From positions 3,886,778 to 3,950,777 of the forward strand of contig NC_134030.1 in NCBI RefSeq assembly GCF_964204645.1: 64,000 bases of DNA, given 5' to 3'. The position numbers and the translations under genes were made by a program. Below the pieces are notes generated by a model that saw nothing but the letters and a program-made list of their open reading frames with translations, was not told where the DNA came from and searched no databases. This DNA is from Tubulanus polymorphus. Taxonomy: Eukaryota > Animalia > Nemertea. This document shows positions 22,790-33,870 of this stretch, one piece after another. The number at the start of each line of letters is the position of its first letter. Positions within the stretch are counted from its first letter, which is position 1.

Positions 22790-24520
22790 CATTTTAGTTG
22801 TGACCTTCCGCAGGACGTGGTTCTTACTTTAACTGAGCAGATCATCCCGTCTGTGCCTACATTTGTTGCTATAATAACGCCCAGCTGCCATAGAATTCTT
22901 CAATGGTGTATCTGTTAGTTTTTACAAACGCCCAAGATTCCTTGTTTCCTTGTGGACTGCGAGTGACATTAACTACCAGCAGCCATGACACGTATTCATC
23001 AATGAATCGTCTGCAACATCACTGGTTCAGTTTCAATCATCCTTACGTGCCGTTCGTTTCGTGAAGTTTTGGATCGACTATTTCGTCATTTTCGTTGTTC
23101 TTGTACGGAAGTAGATTGATTTGTGTCGTCAACAGTTGCAGACTGAAGTACTCAGTAATTTCTTGCACAAGTTGAAGTTTTCTGCATCGATCATGCAGCA
23201 GATGTCTGTTGGCAGGTGTCTGTTGGTAGGTGTCCATATGCAGATGTTTTTTTTTTGCAGTTTCAGCGTGAAATCATTAGCCATCTCTTCATTTACTTAT
23301 AGGAGGTTTACATGTTTGTTATCAGTCAGCATCCCACATTATTAACATCTCGGACCAGTTATCCAGTCCAAATCGATGAATTTCACCAACAGCACCCCCT
23401 AGAAAGAATTTATGCAATATTTTCAGCTGTTTCGAGGTAATTCCAATCAGAAACATTTGTTAACGCTTTTATCTTTTCCACTCTATTGTGTACAAATCAT
23501 TTCAATCTTTGTCGACCAAATCCAACATTCATGTTTGAGTACATAGATCCATATGTGTTGGTAATTAGCTCGCTATATTCTACTCCTTAACATTGCTTGT
23601 TATTCTTTCCTCACCTTAAAATTTTCGTTTAATTTTTCGAATCTGCAGTTTTACATCCAGGGTAATATACATGAAGCAGCCGATTACAACTTCAGGACAT
23701 GCGTCAGTGAAGATTACAATTTCCGCTTCTTGTTATGGGTCGACAACAAATCGTCTATCCAGTGTTTTCAGTAAGAAATTAACAAGCCAGGTCCCTTTGA
23801 AAAACAGGAGGGTCACATCGTATGTGACAGTCCCTGAAAAAACAGTGGGGTCCTTAAAAAATGACAGACGCGTCTGAGACCCGGGACCTGGCTCTTATTG
23901 AAAACACTGCTATCATCCATCGCTTTTTCGTTACTACATTCAAAGGAATTTCTGATCTTTGTCCATTGGCCCGTTTTTACTCTTCGTCCCCTTCAATGTT
24001 CACTGTCCATTGCTTAATCATAAGGGCTTTCATGGTGCAACGATCCTACTAAGTCCCAAAGGATCAAATATCGATGACCATTTTGACAGAACGTTTCCTT
24101 TCGTTTCTTTGTACTCAATCGACGTATCTTTTTTACATGTATGAATCATGATATTACTTTCCATTTCTTTTTGATTGGTTCAGCATCCTGTTGATCGATA
24201 AATCAAGTAGCACTGTTATTGCGGTGGACCGGTGGTCAACAATTTCTGTCGATTCTTTTTCATAATCCTTATCGCTTGCGGATTCTAGACTAAAGTTTCT
24301 TCAATTCTCTCGAATATCGTTAAAATTTTCTTGTATGTTTTTTAGAATTCCTCCAGCAACGATTCGAGAACTGTAACTTGTTTTTCATCGATATCTTCTC
24401 TGAGGAGTGCTCCATTTTTCTCAACATTTTTTCAGATGTTGATAATAAACATTGTTGTTGTTGTTTCTTCAGTTCTGCCCGAATGGCTTCACCTTCAGAG
24501 GGCTCACCCATCCATGAAAA
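22790..24520 (-). mobile_element. Decayed, internally deleted BEL/Pao LTR retrotransposon (pol remnants)
   Basis: Minus-strand motifs in the correct order: TKGNVLSKWSSIFDPLGL (~24100-24050), EIVIFTDAC (~23725-23695, RNase H), FVHNRVEKIKALTNVSDWNYLETAENIA*ILSRG (~23496-23395), WQLGVIIATNVGTDGMICSVKVRT (22890-22819, DUF5641-type integrase tail). Stops and frameshifts throughout. Confidence 0.88.
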
Positions 24521-26044
24521 TAATACTAAAAAATACTACTGTTGGTTATGACCAGGAATGAAGTTTTGCAGAGAGATGACGAAGTGACGATGTGCAATCC
24601 ATTGATTCTTTACTAAACTGAATTGCTGCTTTATTTCTATATTAAAAACTACAAAAGTATCAGCTTATTATCTCATGGACGGTGCGCGATCGGACGGTGT
24701 GAGCGGAAGTTGCGATTAGCACAGATGTTGCCGCGGGATCCGGATAAGTGCCAGTAACACGCTTATCTCTGTACTGAGGAGAATCATTCACAAAATCGCT
24801 ACTTTTGGTTTACAGTTCCAACTTCTCTTTTTGTCAGAACGTCAAAATTCACTTCTTTTTTTTACTCTCTTTAGTATTTGTATGATTGTAATTAGGTTGC
24901 ACCAACATTGTGTAGGAAACTCAACATGTAATATGCCATAAGTACTATTTATACAGATCAATCTATCCAATATTCTTAATTATTCAGTAAAAATGAATAT
25001 AGCGAAAATCTGACAAAAAAAATTGCTACTTTTCAGCTGCACCAAAGCATACGGTCCCATACAGTGGTTTAGTCAGTATCCGGACCACAGTTTAGTCAGT
25101 ATCCGGACCACAGTTTAGTCAGTAACGAAACTGTGTGATTCATTACGTTCTGAGAACAGATTTTATCAAATTTCCTCTAGCTGTTCTTCAGATAGGCCTA
25201 CCCTTTGACTAAATGTTTTATTTTCAGAATTCTTTTATAAAAAGTATATCCTCCACCGTTATCCAGGCCTGACATTTATCAAGGTCTATCCTGTTTTACA
25301 CCTTACAAGTTCGACAGCGACATATGATATTGTTTTTTCTGTAAACGGCTGCAGCTGTATTCATAGTGAATTATTCCACTGAATGATTCTATACTTGAAT
25401 GGTAAGTAGTGACTTATTTGAAATACTTAATGAATTCATTTGAAAAAGGCCTAAATTCTAAATATCATTAATTGTTCGCGTTTTAACGATGTTTGATTTT
25501 TATAGATAAAAATCTTATTATAATTTGTAGTGAATGGATTTGATTGTATGAAGGTACAGCAGTGGACAGTGTCGTGTGAAATGGTTTTTACACCTGATGG
25601 TTGTTTCTGAAGGTACAGTAGCCGGCAGTGTCATGTGAAATGGTTTTTAACCCTGATGGTTGTTTCTGAGAATAACAGTTGAAGTTTTTCGTTTGATGAT
25701 GAAAATACAGAAGAAATATGAATGAAATTTTTGGTCTCATTTTTCTGTTTGTCATGCAATGAAAATGAATTAGACTTACTTAGCAAAAACCATAGGGAAA
25801 TGTACAGTACTCGAAGGAAATATCACAATTTTTGGAACTAAAATTCGGTGAAAATTCATTTTAGAAAAAAATATTTTCAAATGTATCGCATTTTATTGGA
25901 TTTTTTGCCCTTAATGATACTGTAGACTTCGCTTAAACTGGTAGACGGTCTATATCTGGTATAATCTGTTCAATTCGATGAAATAAAGATGAAATGTTGT
26001 TCTAAATACATATGTTTTGCCTTTTATGGTATTGCTCTGTTCGA

Positions 26045-26325
26045 TGATGATAATAATAACAATATTATGCGTCTGATGTACCGGTAGCCCTAAATCCAGC
26101 AGCAGCTCAGAGCGCTTTACATTTTACGGTTTTATTGCCCCAGCCATTTAATGGTCTGCTGGGGTGAAGTAACATCCGAGCAGCTGCTAGGCGCTCAGGG
26201 GTCATCTATCAGGCCAGGTACCCAATTACTCCTGGGTGCAGAGAGGCAATGAGGATAAGTGTCTTGCCGGGGACACAACAGTAATATACGGGGTTCGAAT
26301 CCATGACGATCTGGTTTCCCAGAAC
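26045..26325 (-). mobile_element. tRNA-derived CORE-type SINE with L2-like tail (copy 2 ~60135-60400)
   Basis: Minus strand reads B-box-like GGATTCGAACCCC, then CORE-like GTTGTGTCCCCGGCAAGACACTT, then ...TGTAAAGCGCTCTGAGC, then a (TTA/TCA)n tail. Confidence 0.65.
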
Positions 26326-27514
26326 GCTTTCCGTATCCCATAAATGTTCACTTCATTTCCGTTTATTCCTAAACCGGTAAATTGTAATGGCTGTTTCCCT
26401 ATATTATAGAATACATTTATGTACTATCAACCTTCTATCTCTGCTAGCAAAAATACATAAAAACATACATACATCTTTATGTATTTTTGCTGCTAGTGAT
26501 TAGGCCTTATGTTCTATTAATGCACACGCATGACTGGTCATAGTTTCCATTACTCAAAGAGGACATCACAAGTGAACTGAATCGGAGGAAAATGTTGCGG
26601 GATAAAGAAACGTGAAATGTCCAGTCTATTGAAGGACTTGTGTTTGTGTGTAATTAGAGAAAAACCCTCAGAGTGCCCATCATTGTTACTTAAAAGCAGG
26701 AAAATCAGTAGAAACTTTGGAGCTCAATAGAGTGAAAACTGTAAGAGATAAAGCTGGTAATTGAAAAGTTTGTAGGGTATGACCCTTGGATAATTTTGGT
26801 GATGATTATTCTTACTGAAAGTGAAGTCCTATGCAAATGAGCTAATTCGCATAAATCATAATCAGTGACCTATTTATTTGAAAACCCCCTAAATTGTAGG
26901 TATCAAAATGAACAAATCGGGTATCTAGCCTCAGCTAACAGCTGACAATGGAATATTCTATGTCTACGGTCAGAAATATATATTTTATGGGTAATTATAA
27001 TTAGTAAATGAGCTAATAATTAAATCATGTGACCTCCGGATAAGTACCCGCTACTTTCAAATGCAAAAAAACTCAAATATTTCGAATAGCAACACCATAA
27101 AAACGCAGCATAAAAACTTACTAATGGGTGCTGCCATTTAATCAAACCATTTAGCGGCAGGTTTCTCCGCTGAATTCTATGCGACTAAACTGCTATAAGA
27201 AATGTCGACGAAAGTCGACAGGGCACTGAAAAAGTTATAGAAGGAATTTGGGGATTCACTACATGGTCAGATTGTATAAAATACAAAGAAATTGATTATT
27301 TTGACCGCTATTAGGCTCAATAAAACTTCATCAATTGATTTTTGCAATTCTTAAAAGCTGGTAACAGCCTAATTAGGTAGAAAAATGAAGGTGCCAAACT
27401 GTAGCGGTTTAGGCGGAGGTTCATGCAATCCAACCGTAAGTTTTAACTACAGCACTCAACCTTACCCTAACAGTTTTCCTAGTGGTAAAAGGGACCCTAA
27501 ATCTCACCCTCACC

Positions 27515-27902
27515 CTAATGAGATGAAAAACGCCGAGATATCGCATTTGCCCCCTCATCCGAGAAACAACCGTTTGCCGCAGCCACAACAATGCACACGA
27601 TCCGCTGCACAATTAATTGCGCGACCCGTGAAATCATATACTGCATCGAATGCACCAAGTGCAACCTGCTGTACGTCGGCCTAACCGGAATGTCTTTACA
27701 AGAACGCGTCACACATCACGTCTCGCGCATCAGAACGAATAATTCGTCTCGCACCACTTCAACCAGGTCGACCACACCTACCAACACTTTCGGGTGTATG
27801 GTCTCCAACACCTACCAGGCTCGACGAGACCGATCCGCGAAGCAGCCAAACGAGACTGGATACTACGACACGAACACGCCCCGAAGCATCAATGTCCCGT
27901 AG
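27515..27902 (+). mobile_element. Penelope-like element 3' fragment, GIY-YIG endonuclease (frameshifted)
   Basis: INCATREIIYCIECTKCNLLYVGLTGMSLQERVTHH...HF...H...WI...PRSIN is the GIY-YIG/CCHH signature of Penelope-like elements. A small deletion near 27745 shifts the frame. Confidence 0.9.
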
Positions 27903-28663
27903 ACCGCCTCATTACAACATTTAATTCATGCTTTTCTTTACAGGGATAACCCGCTGCCCTTGCACTAATGGGGTCTCCTTACCTTCGGTTTGGTCCCGTA
28001 ACCCTTAACTCTAATCCTAACCCTCTGGACCCTCCAGGCCCTAACCCCATCTAAACCCGATTGTTGGATATTTATGTTTATATATCTATATATGGGCAGT
28101 CATGCGTTACTGCATTGGTCGGACATTGTCACGGGTTACCACGGGAGATTTATATAGTCAGTAGAATACAGTCCTTTATTGAGAAAACGTGTTAGTTTTT
28201 TGAGGGAAGGATTTTGCCCCCTTTTTACAGCGTCTTGACACCGATATGAACCAAATAAACCCAATAAATGACTTAATTGTTACTTTTATTAGATTGTATT
28301 ATAATTTGAAGCTGCATTCGCAAAATATCCACTATTTACGCTTAAAAGGTTTGGAATTTAGGGGTGTGTCACGGATGCCAGCCTCCAGCTTTGCTTTTTA
28401 TAAGCCAAGTAGGTCTAACAGGACAGCGGTTAAGCCATTAACTGCACTGCAGGGTAAGTCAGTAACCGGACTGCAGGTTTAGTCCAGTGACTGGACTGCT
28501 GTTTAGTCAGTAAACAATGGGTTGAAGGGCTGCAGCTGTAATCATAGTGAATTATTCTACTGATGGATCCAATATTCAAAATGTAAGTAATATCCTTCAT
28601 TGTTTACTGTTTCTATTGTTTATTCGGTTTCTATTAATAAAAACATGTTTATAATTTGTAGTA

Positions 28664-29047
28664 AAATGGTTTTAAGCCCAGGTGGTTGTTTCTGGAGGTA
28701 CAGCAGCGGGCAGCGTCGTGTGCAATGGTTTTTACCCCGGGTGGTTGTTTCTGGAGGTACAGTTGCGGGCAGCGTCGTGTGAAATGGTTTTTACCCCTGG
28801 TGGTTGTTTCTGGAGGTACAGCAGCGGGCAGCGTCGTGTGAAATGGTTTTTACCCCTGGTGGTTGTTTCTGGAGGTACAGCTGCGGGCAGCGTCGTGTGA
28901 AATGGTTTTTACCCCTGGTGGTTGTTTCTGGAGGTACAGCAGCGGCAGCGTCGTTTGAAATGGTTTTTACCCCTGGTGGTTGTTTCTGGAGGTACAGTTG
29001 CGGGCAGTGTCGTGTGAAATGGTTTTACCCCTGGTGGTTGTTTCTGA
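28664..29047 (+). repeat. 59-bp minisatellite, ~6.5 units (copy 1 only; a related ~2-unit version at ~25535-25670 is in both copies)
   Basis: GTGAAATGGTTTTTACCCCTGGTGGTTGTTTCTGGAGGTACAGCAGCGGGCAGCGTCGT in tandem. Confidence 0.93.
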
Positions 29048-29602
29048 AAGTAAAAGAAAACCTGCGCCCACTGTGAGATACTTGTAAAACTGATGTTGAT
29101 TCTACAAATTCTGTTGTTTGCTGATTGGTCGGTTTCTACTGGTTTTCCATTTCAGTTTAGTGAAATTCTTTTATATAATTGGTCAGAAAACACTCTTGGA
29201 ATTCTGCTATTGTTATTATTTTTTTCCCTTTCGAGAGAGCAAAAGTAAAAAAAGATGTATGTCCTCTTTAGATTCGACTGCTACCATACAGGACGCCGTG
29301 GACATTGTTGTAGTGGTGCCACATCATGTTCGAATGTCAGAAAACCCATTATCACTGTATTGCAGCTATAATTTTTGTGTTGTTATTTATATTATAAAAA
29401 GTTAAGTCAATGAAATATAAGAAAATTTGTCATAAATTAATCAGTATTTTTGGTTTGAAATACAATTTAGGAAAATATTCTTAACGTATATTGTATTTTT
29501 GTGGAAGATATGAGGAACGGGTGATCGTGTTGTTATAGAATGCCTTTCTTCATATGATGATGTCATTTCTAGGCAAGAATTTTCATTGCTTGCAATTTCA
29601 GT

Positions 29603-30006
29603 TTAAAGCCTGCAGCATACGGCATGACATTTGTTTCACCAAAACAGAAAACACGTTTTTCACAAAACGTTTTGAATAAATGTTTTGAAAAAACTTTCAA
29701 TGGACACGGCATAACGAAAAAGCGCAGAAAATATTTCTTGCACCACGGAATCCATGGAGACAACAATGATCTCAGTTATTCACGTCAATTTTTGTAATGC
29801 CATGTGATGCATTGTTGCTCGGTGATTGGTTATTCAGCCATGGATTTTGCAAAACACAACATGCACCGCACATGTGACGAAAAACGTTTTTCTGTTTGGC
29901 GTTTTGTGTTTCGACTCCCCCGCACACGGCATAACAAAACACATCGAAAACGTTTTTCACGAGGAGAAAACTTTTTTTTTTGCGGTGCCGTATGCGATGG
30001 GCTTAA
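29603..30006. mobile_element. Putative MITE (PIF/Harbinger-like termini)
   Basis: Left end TTAAAGCCTGCAGCATACGGCA vs reverse complement of right end TTAAGCCCATCGCATACGGCA; internal ACACGGCATAAC and AAAACGTTTTT subrepeats. Confidence 0.55.
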
Positions 30007-31249
30007 CTTCATACTCTCGCAGTTAAAATAAAATCCTAAATTTTTATGTAAGGTATAACGTGGCTTAAAGATGAAGCCTATTTTATTTGGAAGTTACCGC
30101 ATTTAAGATGGCTAATGGGCGGCCATTTTTAATTTGTGTATGGGTCCTGCCCGCGTATATGGGTTCCGCATTACTATAATTAATATAATCATAATTTTTG
30201 CACTTGCAAGACCCAATCTGGATTTTTTGTTACAAAGGCACATGTAATAATTTGCTCACATGCGAGCGGCTTGAGATGAAGATATATGTATCTGTATATA
30301 AATCTATGTTGTAATACCATATGAGGTAGACGACTGACTGGCAGCCATCTTCAATTACAAAATCATACATTTTGGCTTAGAAATATAGATTTATTTTATG
30401 TGGAGCTTTGATAAATCAGATGAGAATGTTAGATGATATTGTGTATCGGTAGATGTATTCAAGTCATACTGCCATTCAAGATAATTTTCTTGGCCTATAG
30501 CCTAACTGTGAATATATGTCATATAGAGCAATATGATATCTCATGAATTGATTAATTTTTGCACATCACTGAACCGCATAACGATATTCATCACAAAATA
30601 ATTGATACTCGACCTTGGTGTGGGTAGTCTGAATACCAGTCAATGAATGGGCAAAAATGGGTAGTAGATACTAGACAGGGTGGGTTATTTTGGGGATGTC
30701 TAGGCAAATGCAAAATTCTGGTTGATTATAATCTATTGTTTTGGTGGGTTATTTCATAAAACATCCCTGATATGCCCAGCTGAAAGTTTATAAAGTATAG
30801 TCTTGATTCGTTTCAATATCAAATCGACACTAGATTTTACCCCTACATTTTAGATACCAGTAACTAGCGTAGTACCCGTCCATGGATGGATTGTCATAAA
30901 TGTATTGGATATAGTTATAAAATGTACGCTGAAAGATTCCATTATCTGCTTCATTTATGATCTACTATACCGTTGTCTAACAATACGGTTATTACAGATA
31001 ATGAGAGTGGTAAAATTGTTTTTACAACAGCGTTAGAGGGTGGCAACCATCTCTTGCAACCAGCGACATGACAAATATGGTTGTTTCCGAATGTTCAACT
31101 GGCCCTTCGTTCATTCTTCCATCACATCACCTTCCATTACCTATCAATGAATATCGCCTGCTGCATTATTTTATAGGTTACTTTTTACAGATATCAAAAA
31201 TTGTATGCGTACTATTCGTGATCCTTAATGTTTGGTTTTTTCATTCCAG

Positions 31250-31998
31250 ATTTGGATGTTTTAACAGCAATACAGAGAAACAAGTCTGAAGCAGCCCGCG
31301 AAGCTCGTAACATCTTTGGAGCTTTCGTTAACAGGTGCGTTGACTCCCTTCGCGAGCCTGAGGAGCAAGCTCCTCCTTTAGTTATTGTGCCACCTTTTGA
31401 GCTTGCTCTTCCGCAGGAGGCGGACCCTGCTCCTGTACATCTGGAGCAGGAGGACGCCCCTGCCGTGGGGACCCCGACAGAGGCCCCACCGCTTCAGACG
31501 CCCGCACTGCGTCGGTCGCCCCGTAGAAATATAAATCCAGATATCAATTATGCAATAGGTTCGGGGCGTCCCAAAACAAAAAAGGGCAAACGTGCGGCTC
31601 GTCCTCCTCCACCGAGACAACCAAATTTTGAGGAGGAGAGCAGTGATGAGGAATTCGCCACTCCTGGAGCGACATCACCACCAGGGCCCGCAACACCACC
31701 ACCACCACCACCACCATCAACTGGACCAGCATCAACGATACCACGAATAAGACGAAACAAAAGAAGAATTGAAGAAGAAAATGAAAATAATGAAACACCT
31801 AATATTACGCCCGCCCAGGCGTCAACATCGGGCGCTCCAGTGGGGGCACCACCCTCCCCCGCTGTTGAGCTTATCGCGCGCGGCCCTGGTTGGTCTAAAA
31901 ACATTGATTACCACGATCCCATCAAAATGCTCCGCGATGTTGAAGGGGCCTTTAAAGGAAAATTTCAAATGGTTAAACGTCGGCGAACATCAAAGTAA
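31250..31998 (+). CDS. Terminal coding exon of the predicted 282-aa protein: death-fold-like N-terminus, Pro/acidic/basic disordered tail, C-terminal NLS-like KRRRTSK
   Basis: Branch-like CTTAAT, polypyrimidine tract and TTCCAG| acceptor in phase 1. GC-rich 749-nt open frame. AATAAA at 32192. Frame conserved in copy 2. Confidence 0.78.
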
Positions 31999-32429
31999 AT
32001 CAGCCCCTTCACTTGCCATCACCCGGGCAACAACATCAGCCCACGCACGTCTGCAGATCGGCACTTCTTGAAACTCAGTTTTCCCTTCCTCCTTCGTCGA
32101 TCTGCAGGTCACGCAGTGTTAAATATCTGTCAACACTCCTTGAACCAGTGGGCGTGCAGTCCTTCCTTACTTTTATTTTGAAAAATATAAAAATAAAAAA
32201 CCAGACCTTTATTTAATCATTGTTTTTATGGAGTTTTTACGGTTTCTCCAAAAAAATTTAAAATGATACAAATATAAAAAAATTCATGATCATTTCATCA
32301 ATTTATTTATTTTTTGGATTAAAAGAAATTTTTTTCCATCATCTCCCATTCTCATTCATATACATTTTAAATCATTTATTTATTTATTTTTTTGACTGTA
32401 CGTCCCACTGTGTTCCATACCATTTTTGC

Positions 32430-32785
32430 AACACCTTATTCATTAAGGTCCATTTTGCTTCTCACGATACTGAAGCATTTACCATTTTTGGATTTCCTCT
32501 TGCAAAACCTTATTAACTATGGTTCATTTTGCTTCTCACAATGCTGAAGCATTTACCATCCTCGCATTACCTCTTACAACACCTTATTAACTAAGGTTCA
32601 TTGTGCTTCTCATGATGCTGAAGCATTTACCATCCTTGCATTACCTCTTACAACACCTTATTAACTAAGGTTCATTGTGCTTCTCATGATGCTGAAGCAT
32701 TTACCATCCTTGCATTACCTTTTACAACACCTTATTAACTAAGGTTCATTGTGCTTCTCATGATGCTGAAGCATTTACCATTTTT
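32430..32785 (+). repeat. 74-bp tandem repeat, ~5 units (copy 2 ~63405-63835, ~6 units)
   Basis: ACACCTTATTAACTAAGGTTCATTGTGCTTCTCATGATGCTGAAGCATTTACCATCCTTGCATTACCTCTTACA. Confidence 0.92.
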
Positions 32786-33694
32786 GTATGGTCTTTCTTA
32801 TGAGTCATCTATTCTAACGCTATGGTCGGCCGTTGCAAAATCTCTTTCGGGATATGCAGGGAATCAATTCCTATAATAACTCCTATGGAGTTTGAAAAAG
32901 GTGGATTTTTCAAATCAAAAGGAACAGCATTCACATGTGATTCCTTATCGAACTAGGAAGGTGCAGAAGGAATAGCTATGTTTCACACACATAATGCGTT
33001 TCCTTATGAAGCTGAAAATAACGTGGAGAAGGAACAGCTATGTTTCACATAATGCGATTCCTTAGGAAACTACATTGAAACAGATTGTTCAATGTTCCAT
33101 GTTGCCCCCTCCCCACAAATACTATGACGTTTATACGTCAATTGTAAAACCATTATATCGTTATTAACATACTTGTTTTTCTAATTACAGAATTAAAGAT
33201 TAATTTAATGTGACATGAAAACTTGAATGATTGAAATGTTAATATCTAATGCTCAACAACGCATGAAAATCCTTCACATGTGAGCGGAAGGATTGAAAAT
33301 GTTTACTCAGGAAGGAAAAGGAATATATATTTATATACGTGAGATTGCCTGGATTAAAAATTGCACAAGAAAGGAAACCACAGCAAAGACTACGGTAATC
33401 AATTTCATCACATTTCTAAGGTGCGAAAGTTCACTGGATCAGTGATCAATCCATGAATTTATGAGTTCTTAATTGAACATGGAAAATCTGCAAAAATGCA
33501 ATGATAAAGAATCTTGGATAAAAAAAGAATAAAATAAAGATCTTGGATTAGAGATTTAGTCGTAATCACTTCAGTGATCAGGTTTTATTGATTGATATTG
33601 ATCTCTACTTATTCTAACGATCACCAGGATGATGATTTGAGTTTAAGATTCTTGTTAGATTAATCTGCATCTCTTGTTGAAATCAATAAGGCAT

Positions 33695-33870
33695 ATGAGA
33701 GAGGAGGTCTGAGATATGAGAGAGGCAGTTGGGGAGGTATGAGAGTGGAGGTTCAGGAGAGTGGAGGTTCAGGAGAGAGGAGGTTCAGGGAATATGAAAG
33801 TTTATGGAGATATAGTAGAGAGTGTATGGAAGTATGATAGAGGAGTTTAAGGAGATATCATAGAGGAGAT
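33695..33870 (+). repeat. Purine-rich GA low-complexity tract
   Basis: GAGAGTGGAGGTTCAG repeats. Confidence 0.75.

Noticed and set aside
31378-31904. Antisense and alternative-frame ORFs over the terminal exon
   Set aside because: These are shadow ORFs of a GC-rich coding exon; inter-copy changes are mostly synonymous in the main + frame.
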